Source: Alphaproteobacteria bacterium
Lineage (GTDB): Bacteria; Pseudomonadota; Alphaproteobacteria; GCA-2731375
Reading direction: 5' to 3'
NCBI GenBank assembly: GCA_030752605.1
Contig: JASMDX010000075.1
Coordinates: 17,086-81,085 of the forward strand
DNA length: 64,000 nucleotides
Shown here: one piece after another, positions 46,515-56,435 of the stretch
How positions within the stretch are numbered: the stretch's first letter is position 1
How the letters are laid out: each line of letters opens with the position of its first letter
Program-made: the position numbers and the translations under genes
The notes under the pieces: model-generated
Databases searched by the model: none
The model's input: the letters and a program-made list of their open reading frames with translations, nothing else
What the model was told of the DNA's origin: nothing

Positions 46515-48356
46515 ATGCCAAGTTATACCGCGCCGGTTAGAGATCTTAGTTTCGTTCTGAACGAGCTATTGGCGATTACGGATTGTACTGGGATCCCCGG
46601 CTATGGAGATGTGAGTGCCGATTTGATTGATGCGGTCCTGGACGGTGGCGCCAAGATGGCCGAGGAGGTCTGGGCGCCCTTAAACCAGGTTGGCGACGAA
46701 GAAGGCTGCCGTTTCGAAAACGGCGTGGTTCGGGTGCCGAGCGGTTTCAAGGACGCCTTTGATGCCTGGAACGAGGGCGGCTGGAATGCAATTTCCACTT
46801 CGGCCGATTGGGGTGGTCAGGGCCTGCCGGGCGTTATAGGCATGGCGGTCGGTGAAATGGCCATGTCTTCGAACCTGTCTCTGTCCATGTATGTGGGGCT
46901 TACGGGGGGGGCTGCCAGCGTGTTGATGACAGTTGCACCGGATCATCTGAAGCAGCTCTATGTGCCAAAAATGATGTCGGGGGAATGGACCGGCACCATG
47001 AACCTGACCGAGCCCCATTGTGGCACCGATCTGAAGTTGATGCGCACTAAGGCGGTGGAGCAGGATGATGGCACTTATGCCATCACCGGCACCAAGATTT
47101 TCATCACCGGTGGCGACCACGATATGACCGACAACATCGTTCATCTGGTATTGGCCAAGGTGGAAGGCGAGGGCGAAGGCCTCTCGGCGGTCTCGCTGTT
47201 CCTGGTGCCCAAGGTCAGCGTGAACGATGATGGCAGCCTGGGTCAGGGCAACAATGTGGTCTGTGGCAGCATCGAACACAAAATGGGCATCAAGGGTTCG
47301 GCCACCGCCGTCTTGCATTATGAAGGCGCCATTGGCCATCGCCTCGGGCCAAAGCCGGAACCAAGCGTCGAGGGCGACGACGGCAAGAAAAAGAGGCGCA
47401 GCTCCGGCGCCGGTATGGCGGGCATGTTTCAGATGATGAATGGCGCCCGCATTGGCGTCGCCTATCAGGGCGTGGCTCTTTCTGAAGTGGCCTATCAGAA
47501 CGCAGCTGAGTATACCCGGGAACGTCTGGCGGGCCGATCTTTGAGTGGTGCGAAATATCCTGATCAGCCGGCTGATCCCATCGTGGTGCACCCGGATGTC
47601 CGGCGCATGCTGTTGCACATGCGGGCCTTCAACGAAGGCGCCCGCGCTCTCTTGATGTGGCTGACCCACGAGGCCACGGTGGGCCGTTTCGATGGCAATG
47701 ACGAGCGTAAGCAACAGGTTTCCGACCTGTTCAATCTGCTGACGCCGGTGGTCAAGGCGCATTTCACGGATGTCGGCTTTGAATGCACCAATATGGCCAT
47801 GCAGTGTTTCGGCGGGCATGGCTATGTCCATGAGCACGGCATGGAGCAGTTTGTTCGCGACGCCCGTATCTCGCAACTTTATGAAGGCGCCAACGGCGTG
47901 CAGGCTCTGGATCTGGTGGGCCGCCGCATGGGCGTGGACAATGGCCGTCCGACCCGGGCGCTGTTCGCGCTGATTAGCGAATTCATCGCCTCGCAAAAAG
48001 ACGACGAGGATATGGCCGCCTATACCAAACCGTTGGAGGCGGGCCTGAACGATTTGATGGCGGTGGCCATGTGGCTGGCCCAGAACGCCATTCAGAACCA
48101 TGACGAAGCCGGTGCCGCATCCGTCGATTTCCTGCGCATGATGGGCACTGTGGCGGTCGGTTATATGTGGGCCCGGATGGCACGGGTGTCGCTGGATCAA
48201 TTGGCGCAGGGGGGCGATGACGAGGCTTTTTATAAAATGAAGCTGAACACTGCCCGTTACTACATGGGCCGCGTAATGCCCGATACGGCATCCCTGAAGG
48301 CCCGCGCCACGGCGGGCGCGGATGTTCTGATGATGCCTGATGACGAAGCGTTTTAA
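46515..48356 (+). CDS. acyl-CoA dehydrogenase, long (~600 aa, AidB/FadE-like with C-terminal extension)
   Basis: 613 aa. ACAD N/M/C domains (…TEPHCGTDLKLMRT…). Contains a G8 homopolymer at 46904-46911. Confidence 0.75.
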   Translation: MPSYTAPVRDLSFVLNELLAITDCTGIPGYGDVSADLIDAVLDGGAKMAEEVWAPLNQVGDEEGCRFENGVVRVPSGFKDAFDAWNEGGWNAISTSADWGGQGLPGVIGMAVGEMAMSSNLSLSMYVGLTGGAASVLMTVAPDHLKQLYVPKMMSGEWTGTMNLTEPHCGTDLKLMRTKAVEQDDGTYAITGTKIFITGGDHDMTDNIVHLVLAKVEGEGEGLSAVSLFLVPKVSVNDDGSLGQGNNVVCGSIEHKMGIKGSATAVLHYEGAIGHRLGPKPEPSVEGDDGKKKRRSSGAGMAGMFQMMNGARIGVAYQGVALSEVAYQNAAEYTRERLAGRSLSGAKYPDQPADPIVVHPDVRRMLLHMRAFNEGARALLMWLTHEATVGRFDGNDERKQQVSDLFNLLTPVVKAHFTDVGFECTNMAMQCFGGHGYVHEHGMEQFVRDARISQLYEGANGVQALDLVGRRMGVDNGRPTRALFALISEFIASQKDDEDMAAYTKPLEAGLNDLMAVAMWLAQNAIQNHDEAGAASVDFLRMMGTVAVGYMWARMARVSLDQLAQGGDDEAFYKMKLNTARYYMGRVMPDTASLKARATAGADVLMMPDDEAF

Positions 48357-48382
48357 TCTGGTTTGCAAGTGGTGTGGGAAAA

Positions 48383-49687
48383 ATGGCAAATACCGAGGTT
48401 GAATTCTGCGGCCTGAATTTCAAGAACCCTATGGTGGTCGCATCCATCGAGCCGACCAATAGCCCCGACCTGATCAAGCAATGCTTTGATGCCGGGGCTG
48501 GCGGCGCCATCGTCAAGACGTTGACTGATATCGAGGATATGGCGCAGCTGACGCAGAACTCGAAATACTCCGTGATGAATGCCCAGGGAAATATTATCCA
48601 CGGGAAGCCGGCCAGGGATTTCGTCTTCTACAGCCGTTCCGGCTATGCCTCTACCGCCTACAAAGACTGGATTCCCTATCTCAAGGAATGCCAGGCCTAT
48701 GGCGCCGAGCGCGACGCGCACTTGATCGGCAGCGTCGGAGCCAAGGAAATCAGCGGCTGGCGCGATATCTCCCGCACTATTGAGGATTGTGGCCTGCCCA
48801 TGGTGGAGCTGAATTTCGGCTGTCCCCATCCGGCCATGATGCCCGGTGTTCACGGTGGTTCCATGATCGGCCAGGACCCCGACATGGCGGCGGAAGTCAC
48901 CCGCCAGGTCGCCGAGGTGGTTGATATCCCCATAGTGGTAAAGTTGACCCCGGATCAGGCTGATCCCGTGGCTATCGCCCATGCCGTAAAGGGGGCGGGG
49001 GCCGCGGCGGTCACCGCGACCAACCGTTACACCGGCTTTGCTATAGATATTGATACGGCAACGCCCCAGATCGGCGGCCCGGCGGGCATTGGCGGTACCT
49101 GGACCAAGCCGCTATCGTTGCGTTGGGTGCATCGCATTCATCAGGAAATCGGTATGCCTGTGGCCGGCTCCAACGGTATTTTTGATCATCGCGATGCAAT
49201 CGAATTTATCATGGCCGGTGCTGGCGTGGTGCAAATCGGCTCGGTCCTGATGATCAAGGGCATCAAATGGCTCACCAAGGTGATTGAGGGCATGGAACGC
49301 TTCATGGATGAAAAGGGCTATCACGATGTTCGCGCCATGCACGGCATCGCCTCGGCCCGGGCCGCTGGCGACTACAGCGAACAATTTGCCCGTGGCCGCC
49401 GCTATGCTGCCATTGATCATGGTGCTTGCAAGAACCCAACCTGCACGGTCTGCATCCAGATGTGCTTTTACGAAGCCCTTAGCCAGGCGGACGGCAAGGT
49501 GGATATGCATCCCGAAAGCTGCATTGGTTGCGAGCTCTGTTATGACGTCTGCCCGTTCGGTGCCATAGCCATGGCCGAGACGACCCCGGCCCAGCATGCG
49601 GCGGGTTACTACGATATTCCCGAAGGTATTTTTGAAACCGATAAATTCACGACCCGGCGCAACAATCCCGAGTCCATCGACGGTTAG
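48383..49687 (+). CDS. PreA-like dihydropyrimidine/dihydroorotate dehydrogenase-family flavoprotein with 2x[4Fe-4S] ferredoxin domain
   Basis: DHOD-like TIM barrel (…NFGCPH…). C-terminal …CTVCIQMC…CIGCELCYDVCP. A GTG at 48374 is an alternative start. Confidence 0.7.
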   Translation: MANTEVEFCGLNFKNPMVVASIEPTNSPDLIKQCFDAGAGGAIVKTLTDIEDMAQLTQNSKYSVMNAQGNIIHGKPARDFVFYSRSGYASTAYKDWIPYLKECQAYGAERDAHLIGSVGAKEISGWRDISRTIEDCGLPMVELNFGCPHPAMMPGVHGGSMIGQDPDMAAEVTRQVAEVVDIPIVVKLTPDQADPVAIAHAVKGAGAAAVTATNRYTGFAIDIDTATPQIGGPAGIGGTWTKPLSLRWVHRIHQEIGMPVAGSNGIFDHRDAIEFIMAGAGVVQIGSVLMIKGIKWLTKVIEGMERFMDEKGYHDVRAMHGIASARAAGDYSEQFARGRRYAAIDHGACKNPTCTVCIQMCFYEALSQADGKVDMHPESCIGCELCYDVCPFGAIAMAETTPAQHAAGYYDIPEGIFETDKFTTRRNNPESIDG

Positions 49688-50442
49688 CGAAAGTCGAAGC
49701 CCTGTTGCTTAAGTTGCTCGCGCAGGCCTTCGCGCAGCTGCGGCGAAAACTTGGAATCCATGTCATGGGTCCAGGAATCCGGCGTCGTCGGTACGCCGAT
49801 ATTCTTGTAATGCGCTTCCAGGGCGGCATCATAATCATCCAGGCTGGTACCTGTGTCCCGGTTGTCGCGTAGGGCGCCGAAGCGTTCGTAATGAACCATG
49901 GTGGAATAATCCATGCGCGGCTTTTGCGGCGGCACCTCATCGGGAAAGCCTAGGCACATGCCGAACACACAATAGACCTGGCTGGGTAGGCCCAGAATTC
50001 GCGCCGTAGCCACGGCATCGTTGCGCAGGGCACCGATCATGACGCCTTTCAGGCCAACGGACCCGGCGGCCAGATAGGTCGACATCCCCACCAGCGCCGC
50101 ATCGATTGATGCTACTAGGCCGACCTCCAGATTATTGTCCACAAGAGTGTGCCCATTCTTGGCCAAGGCATATTCGAGGCGGGTCAGATCGGCGCAAAAT
50201 GCCAGGAAGACCGGAGCCTTTTCCACATGCGGTTGACCGCCCGCGACCGCCGCCAATTGCTTCCGGAGAACCGGGTCCTGTACTATGATGACGCTATAGG
50301 TCTGGATATTGGACGAGGTCGGCGCCCGGAAGGCAGCCTTCAGAACTTGGTCGATCAGTTCCTCGGGCACAGGGGTATTCTTATAGCTTCGCACGCTGAC
50401 ACGGTTGTTTAATAGCGCAATAGTCTTGCTAGCATCATTCAC
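49684..50442 (-). CDS. nitroreductase family protein (NfsA-like)
   Basis: …LNNRVSVRSYKNTPVPEELIDQVLKAAFRAPTSSNIQTYSVIIV… nitroreductase N-terminal signature. 252 aa. Confidence 0.7.
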   Translation of the reverse strand: MNDASKTIALLNNRVSVRSYKNTPVPEELIDQVLKAAFRAPTSSNIQTYSVIIVQDPVLRKQLAAVAGGQPHVEKAPVFLAFCADLTRLEYALAKNGHTLVDNNLEVGLVASIDAALVGMSTYLAAGSVGLKGVMIGALRNDAVATARILGLPSQVYCVFGMCLGFPDEVPPQKPRMDYSTMVHYERFGALRDNRDTGTSLDDYDAALEAHYKNIGVPTTPDSWTHDMDSKFSPQLREGLREQLKQQGFDFR

Positions 50443-50475
50443 AGGTACATTCTTTCGTCTGATTTCAAAGTGGAT

Positions 50476-51777
50476 TTAAAGTGACTTAACCGCTGCCGCA
50501 AAGGCTTTCAAGGTCTGCGCCACATCGGCCTCGTCATGGGCCAGGGAAACATAGAATTTTTTATCCCCCTTTAGAACGCCATGGGCGAGCAGGCTTTCAT
50601 TGAAGCGTTGGTAGCGTTCAACGTCATTGCCTTGCGTGCCACGGTAGTCCTTGACTTCGCGGTCGGTGAAAACGACGTCGAACAACGGTGGCTCACCAAG
50701 AACCACGGCCGGAATGCCGGCCCCTTGCAACAATTCGTCCAGGCCCTGCATCAATTTCTTGCCGGTGGCAAAGATCGTCTCGTAGGTGCCGGGGCGCCTC
50801 AGGATTTCCAGCGTAGCCAGACCTGCCACCGCCGCCACGGGGTTGCCGCTCAAAGTGCCGAGCTGCGGCATGAAGCTTTTGTCCGCCACGGCATCTTTGT
50901 CGAAATGTGTCATGATATCTGCCCGGCCCGCTATGGCCGCCAGGGGGAGGCCGCCGCCGATAACCTTGCCCAGGGCGCACAGGTCCGGGGTGACTCCATA
51001 ATAGGCCTGGGCCCCGCCATAGGCGAAACGGAAACCGGTCACCACCTCGTCAAAGATCAGGGGGATGCTGTATTCGGTCGCGAGCCGGCGCAAGGTTTCA
51101 AGGAAGCCCGGCGCGGGCGGCAGGAAACGTTGGAAGGGTTCGACAATGATGCCGCCCAGGTCGTTGTGATGCGCCTTGATCAGGCTGGCTGCCGCCTTGG
51201 CATCGTTGTAGGGCGCGATTAGCATCTCATCGCGGATGCGTTGCGGGATGCCGGCTGAATCGGGTGCGGCCTGGGGAAAGTTGCCTGGCTGTTTTGGCGC
51301 CATGGACATCAGGGCATAATCGCTCATGCCGTGAAAGCCGCCCTCAAACTTCAGAATCTTGTCGCGCCTGCTGTGGGCCCGGGCCAGACGCATAGCGTAG
51401 AGATTCGCCTCCCCCCCAGAGGAAACATAGCGGACCTTGTCGGCGCAGGCGACCGCATCGACGATCTCGGCCGCCAGACGGATGCCGGCTTCGTTATTGG
51501 CAAAGAAGGTCGTGCCCCGCGGCAGCTGTTCCTGTATTGCCGCCAAAACTTCCTCATTACCATGGCCGATCAGCATGGGGCCGGAGCCGAGCAGATAATC
51601 CACATATTCGTTGCCCGAGACATCCCAGACCCGGCCGCCACGGCCTGCCTTGATGACAATGTCAAAGGACAGATTGCCGAAGCCGCCCGCCGGCAAAACC
51701 TTAGCCGCCAACTCCACCAGGGCCAGTTCGTCGTCGCTGCGTTTCAGATCGTTCATGACTGTTTCCAATGGGGTCAT
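50476..51777 (-). CDS. class III (omega) aminotransferase
   Basis: 433 aa. …IFDEVVTGFR… PLP-Lys region. Class III fold. Confidence 0.8.
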   Translation of the reverse strand: MTPLETVMNDLKRSDDELALVELAAKVLPAGGFGNLSFDIVIKAGRGGRVWDVSGNEYVDYLLGSGPMLIGHGNEEVLAAIQEQLPRGTTFFANNEAGIRLAAEIVDAVACADKVRYVSSGGEANLYAMRLARAHSRRDKILKFEGGFHGMSDYALMSMAPKQPGNFPQAAPDSAGIPQRIRDEMLIAPYNDAKAAASLIKAHHNDLGGIIVEPFQRFLPPAPGFLETLRRLATEYSIPLIFDEVVTGFRFAYGGAQAYYGVTPDLCALGKVIGGGLPLAAIAGRADIMTHFDKDAVADKSFMPQLGTLSGNPVAAVAGLATLEILRRPGTYETIFATGKKLMQGLDELLQGAGIPAVVLGEPPLFDVVFTDREVKDYRGTQGNDVERYQRFNESLLAHGVLKGDKKFYVSLAHDEADVAQTLKAFAAAVKSL

Positions 51778-53030
51778 CTGATCAAATTTCTGGGCACGTC
51801 CCGGAACGGCCGGTCAGTATCGTTGCGCGGCTCCTTGGGCATGCCCAGGACTCGTTCGGATATGATGTTGCGCTGAATCTCGTCAGTACCGCCGGCAATC
51901 GATATGGCCGGCGTGGAAACCAGGATCTCGGCGATAACACCGTCCATGGAACTATCACTGCCGGTCAGCATGGCATCGGCGCCACTGATCATGGTGTGCA
52001 CATGGTTGCCCAGGCGCGCCACATGGCTGGCCGCCAGTTTGCCGATGGAGCCTTCCGGGCCCTGGTTGCGCCCTAACACCGCCGCCGCCCGGGCCCGCCG
52101 CGCCGTCCATTCGGCGGATTTGGCCAAGGTCAGCAGCTTGGCGATCTCCTGACGCACCACCGGGTCGTCGTACTTGCCGGTCTCTTTCGCCCGTTCGATG
52201 ACCAGATCGACGCGGCCCATGCGCTGGGGATACCATTTGTAGGGCGCCATGGCGTGGGCGATTTCCTCCCGCTCCTCCACATAGGCGCGCTCGGGGCGGT
52301 TCGTGCCCATGGCCCAGCGGCGCAGGCCGTCGGCGCCCCGGCGTTCATGCATCAGGGTCGTGGTGGCGATCTTCCAACCATCGCCCAGGCCCTCGACCTG
52401 GTATTCCGGATCGATCACGGCATCGGTGAAAAACACCTGATTGAACGAGGCATGGCCGTTCATTTGCCTGAGCGGTTGCACATCAACCGCGTCCTGGGTC
52501 ATGTCCAGGACGAAATAACTCAGGCCCTTGTGCTTGGGTAGGTCCCAATCGGTGCGTGCCAGCAGCAGGCCCCATTGGGCATGATGGGCCGAGGTGGTCC
52601 AGACTTTTTGCCCGTTGATGATCCACTTGCCATCCTTCAGATCAGCCCGTGTTACCGCACCCGCTAAGTCCGAGCCGCTGCCCGGTTCCGAGAATAATTG
52701 GCACCAGGTATCCTCGCCCGTCAGAATACGACGGAGGAATTTTTCCTTATGCATCTGGCTGCCGTGTTCCAACAGGGTGGCGGCGGCTAGCATGCGGATG
52801 CCGGCGCGGGCCACGCCGATGGCGCCAATTTTCTGGAATTCTTCCTCGATGGCAGAGACCATGCCGTCGGGTAGGCCCCGGCCATACCATTCTTTTGGCC
52901 AGGCCGGCATGCCCCAGCCGGAATCCGCCAACTTGTTACGCCATTCCACCAGGCTGAGGTTCGGATCCCAGTTGACTTCCAGCCAGGCGTGGATTTCCTC
53001 AAGAACTTCTGTTTCGTTAATTTCACTCAT
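51774..53030 (-). CDS. acyl-CoA dehydrogenase family protein
   Basis: 418 aa with ACAD domains. 4-nt overlap with the aminotransferase. Confidence 0.75.
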   Translation of the reverse strand: MSEINETEVLEEIHAWLEVNWDPNLSLVEWRNKLADSGWGMPAWPKEWYGRGLPDGMVSAIEEEFQKIGAIGVARAGIRMLAAATLLEHGSQMHKEKFLRRILTGEDTWCQLFSEPGSGSDLAGAVTRADLKDGKWIINGQKVWTTSAHHAQWGLLLARTDWDLPKHKGLSYFVLDMTQDAVDVQPLRQMNGHASFNQVFFTDAVIDPEYQVEGLGDGWKIATTTLMHERRGADGLRRWAMGTNRPERAYVEEREEIAHAMAPYKWYPQRMGRVDLVIERAKETGKYDDPVVRQEIAKLLTLAKSAEWTARRARAAAVLGRNQGPEGSIGKLAASHVARLGNHVHTMISGADAMLTGSDSSMDGVIAEILVSTPAISIAGGTDEIQRNIISERVLGMPKEPRNDTDRPFRDVPRNLIR

Positions 53031-53040
53031 AATACTGTCC

Positions 53041-54180
53041 TCAACCTTGCCAGCGCTGCAACATCAGTTCCCGGTGATAGCTGGGTTCACCCAGAAACAC
53101 CTCGGAACTTTTCGCGCGTTTGAACCATAAATGGGTATCGTTATCCCAGGTAAAGCCGATGCCGCCATGGATCTGGATGGTGTGGATGGCGGTCTGCATA
53201 TAGGCCTCCGCCGCACCGGCCTTGGCCAGTGACGCCATGGCACCGAGCTCTTCCCCGCCATCATGATCGCCATCGGCAGCGGCGGCGGCGTAATAGGCGG
53301 CGGATTTCGCCAGTTCCACGTCGATCAGCATATCGGCCGATTTGTGCTTCATGGTCTGGAACGAAGCTATGGTGCGGCCAAACTGCATGCGCAGCTGAGC
53401 ATAATCCAGGGCCTGTTCCCGCAAGGCCTCGGCCCCGCCGACCATTTCGTTGGCCAGACAGGTCACCGCCTGATCCAGGGTCTTCGTCAGGAGCGCGGCG
53501 GCGGCACCTTCGCTACCCAATAGCTGCGCAGAGACGCCGTTGAATTCCAGGCGCGCCAGTTTGCGCGTGTCATCGACGCCTTGCAGGCGCTTCCGGCTCA
53601 GACCGTCCGCGTCCCCCGCCACGGTGAAGAATGACAGGCCATTGTCGCCGGCTGTGCCTGGTGCCCGCGCCAAAACCACGATCAGTTCCGCCGTGTGGCC
53701 ATCCAGGACGAAGCTCTTGACGCCGTCCAGTTGATAACCGTCTTCCACGGCCTTGGCCGTCATTGCCATGCCAGCGCTGTCCCAGCGGCCATTTTCCTCA
53801 GTGAAAGCCAAGGCCGCCCGGTTTTTTCCAGCGGAAATGGGCGGTAGCAGGGCACGCTTTTGCTCTTCGTCACCGGCATTCAGAATAGCCGTGGCCGCCA
53901 TCACGACGGTGGAGAAATAGGGCGCACAGAGCAGGCTCCGGCCCATTTCCTCCAGCACGATGGCCAGTTCAACAAAGCCAAAGCCCTGGCCGCCGTATTC
54001 CTCGGGAATATGAATGGCGGTCACGCCCAGATCCTGGCTCAACTGACGCCAGACGTCCGGATCATAGCCGTCCTCGGTCTCCATCAGGCGGCGCACTTCT
54101 GTGGTCGGTGATTTTTCCGCCAGAAAACGCCTCAGGATCGAACGAAATTCGGTTTGTTCATCGGTGAAACTAAAACTCAT
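53041..54180 (-). CDS. acyl-CoA dehydrogenase family protein
   Basis: 380 aa from MSFSFTDEQTEFRSILRRF… with AGGGAGG RBS. The ORF-track GTG extension is unlikely. Confidence 0.75.
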   Translation of the reverse strand: MSFSFTDEQTEFRSILRRFLAEKSPTTEVRRLMETEDGYDPDVWRQLSQDLGVTAIHIPEEYGGQGFGFVELAIVLEEMGRSLLCAPYFSTVVMAATAILNAGDEEQKRALLPPISAGKNRAALAFTEENGRWDSAGMAMTAKAVEDGYQLDGVKSFVLDGHTAELIVVLARAPGTAGDNGLSFFTVAGDADGLSRKRLQGVDDTRKLARLEFNGVSAQLLGSEGAAAALLTKTLDQAVTCLANEMVGGAEALREQALDYAQLRMQFGRTIASFQTMKHKSADMLIDVELAKSAAYYAAAAADGDHDGGEELGAMASLAKAGAAEAYMQTAIHTIQIHGGIGFTWDNDTHLWFKRAKSSEVFLGEPSYHRELMLQRWQG

Positions 54181-54244
54181 GGCACGTGCCTCCCTAAGCC
54201 TACTGTAAACCGAAGTGGCTAAAGGGTGAAGGCTCTGATCTCGG

Positions 54245-55072
54245 CTATTTCGCCGCGCGCGTGAGGCGCTCGCCACGCCAACGCAACAGTTCCACCACGG
54301 CCATCAGGCTCACCGACACCACGATCAGCAGTGTCGCGATGGCCACGATCGAGGGATCAAGATTGTCGCGCAGACCGGAGAACAGTTGCCGGGGCAAGGT
54401 AAACTGCGCCGGCGAGGCAATGAAAAGCGCCACGACGATCTCATCGAACGAGGTGACAAAGGCAAAGACGGCACCGGATATCACGCCAGGCGTGATCATG
54501 GGCAGGGTGACGGTGAAAAAGGCAATGATTGGACGGGCGCCTAGGCTTTGCGCCGCGCGCACCATGTTGCGGTCAAAGCCCTGCAAGGTCGCCGTCACGG
54601 TGATGACCACGAAGGGCACCGCCAGAACCGTATGGGCCAGGATCATGCCTGTAAAAGTGCCGGCCAGGCCGACGCGGGCAAAGACGAAATAGGCCGCCAG
54701 CGCCGTGATCACCAAGGGCACCATCATGGGGGAGAGCAGCAGCGCCATCAGCAACGGCTTTAGACGGAATTCAACGCTGGTCAGGCCATAGGCCGCCAGC
54801 GTGCCCAAGATCGTCGCCAGCACCGTGGTGGCCGAAGCGATGATGATGCTGTTCTCAAGTGACAGCATCCAAGGGTACGGCGTGAAGATAACCTCGAACC
54901 ATTGCCATGACAGTCCGGGCAACGGGTAGTTCAGTATCGAGGATGAACTGACCGATATGGGAATGATGACGATGATCGGCGCCACCAGAAAGACGAATAC
55001 AAGAATGCAGATAATGCGGAAAGCCCAATGCCAAAGCCGCTGGGATGGGGTCGCATATCGCGGCAGTGCCAT
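54245..55072 (-). CDS. ABC transporter permease (PotC/PotI-like)
   Basis: 275 aa, 6 TM. EAA-like loop (…AAQSLGARPIIAFFTVTLP…). Confidence 0.75.
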   Translation of the reverse strand: MALPRYATPSQRLWHWAFRIICILVFVFLVAPIIVIIPISVSSSSILNYPLPGLSWQWFEVIFTPYPWMLSLENSIIIASATTVLATILGTLAAYGLTSVEFRLKPLLMALLLSPMMVPLVITALAAYFVFARVGLAGTFTGMILAHTVLAVPFVVITVTATLQGFDRNMVRAAQSLGARPIIAFFTVTLPMITPGVISGAVFAFVTSFDEIVVALFIASPAQFTLPRQLFSGLRDNLDPSIVAIATLLIVVSVSLMAVVELLRWRGERLTRAAK

Positions 55073-55081
55073 TTTCGGCCC

Positions 55082-56338
55082 CTAACCCAGTTTCATGCCG
55101 CCGGCACCGGCGAAGCGCTGGTACAGCGGATACAACACGGCGATACAGATCAGCAACAACATGGCGAGGGCGCCGGCCAAGCCCCAATTGGCTGTATTGG
55201 TGGCGAATTCGGCGATCAGATAGGCCAGCATCTGGTCCGAGCCGCCCCCGATCAGCATGGGCGTGATATAGAAACCCAGCGCGATGACATAGACCAGCAG
55301 ACAGCCCGCCGCCAGGCCTGGTACGGTCTGCGGAAAATAGACCCCAAGAAAAGCCGATCGCGGTGTCGCGCCCAACGAGGCGGCGGCGCGCACATGATCG
55401 CCGGGGATGCCTTTCATCACGCTATAGAGCGGCAGAATCATGAAGGGCAGCAGAATATGCACCATCGAAATATAGACGCCGGTGCGGTTGAAAATCAGTG
55501 CCAGGGGTTCGTCCACCAGGCCCAGCCCGATCAATGCATCGTTAACGATGCCCGACTTCTGCAACACGATCACCCAGGCGGCCGTGCGCACCAAAAGCGA
55601 GGTCCAGAACGGTAACAGCACCAACAGGATCAGGATCTTGGCCAGCCGTGGTGGTGCCGTGGCGATCATATAGGCCACGGGATAACCCAGCATGATGCAG
55701 GCCAGCGTGACAACCAGGGCTATCCACAAGGTACGCCGCAGGTTGGAGAGATAGATTTGCTGCTCCGGCGCCGCGCGCTCGATACTGCCATCCCACTGCA
55801 GGTCCAGGTCCAATGCCTGCAACAGGTAGTGCAGGGTGAAGCGGCTGTCGTTGGCCTTCAAGGTGCGCCAGTAAATCAGTTCGGACCAGCGTTTGTCCCG
55901 GGCGATGATGGCTTCCTTGAACGGCGCCCGCATGCGTTTTGCCTTGCGGCCCGTGCGCATCAACAGGCTGCGGAAGCCGCTGACTTCGTAATTCAGGCGC
56001 AGCGACACCTTGGGCAGGGTGGTGTCGGCATAGCCGCGCTTCAGATCCTCGGCCAGGGCCGCGAAGGTGGCCTCGTCGGGTATGCTTTGTGCATCCCAAT
56101 CCCGCAGGGCCGCCGTAACCCTGGGCAGCATGGTCACCACCTCCGGGTTGGAGATGGAGAAATACAGCACCGAGCCGATCGGGATCAGAAAGAAAGCCAG
56201 CAAAAAAAGAAACAGCGGCGCAATCAGGCCATAGGCACGAAACTTGCGCCGCCGCTCCGCCCGCCGCAAATTCGCTTTCAAAATGCTCCGGTCGGAAACC
56301 GCTCCCGTTGGCCCGGGATTAATAGCCTGCTCACTCAT
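55082..56338 (-). CDS. ABC transporter permease (PotB/PotH-like, large periplasmic loop)
   Basis: ~419 aa from MSEQAINPG. …AAASLGATPRSAFLGVYFPQTVPG… EAA motif. Confidence 0.7.
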   Translation of the reverse strand: MSEQAINPGPTGAVSDRSILKANLRRAERRRKFRAYGLIAPLFLFLLAFFLIPIGSVLYFSISNPEVVTMLPRVTAALRDWDAQSIPDEATFAALAEDLKRGYADTTLPKVSLRLNYEVSGFRSLLMRTGRKAKRMRAPFKEAIIARDKRWSELIYWRTLKANDSRFTLHYLLQALDLDLQWDGSIERAAPEQQIYLSNLRRTLWIALVVTLACIMLGYPVAYMIATAPPRLAKILILLVLLPFWTSLLVRTAAWVIVLQKSGIVNDALIGLGLVDEPLALIFNRTGVYISMVHILLPFMILPLYSVMKGIPGDHVRAAASLGATPRSAFLGVYFPQTVPGLAAGCLLVYVIALGFYITPMLIGGGSDQMLAYLIAEFATNTANWGLAGALAMLLLICIAVLYPLYQRFAGAGGMKLG

Positions 56339-56435
56339 GTGGCTTGCTCGTTTATTGAAAACCCTGATTGGCGGGAGCACCTAGATCGGCGCCCCCGCAA
56401 CCATGATTCCATGCCCTGCCGGGTTCGGGCCGGGC

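Noticed and set aside
46680-48389. 569-aa minus-strand ORF antisense to the long acyl-CoA dehydrogenase
   Set aside because: The plus-strand ACAD has clear family motifs and an RBS. The antisense ORF is His/Arg/Gly-rich with no recognisable domains.
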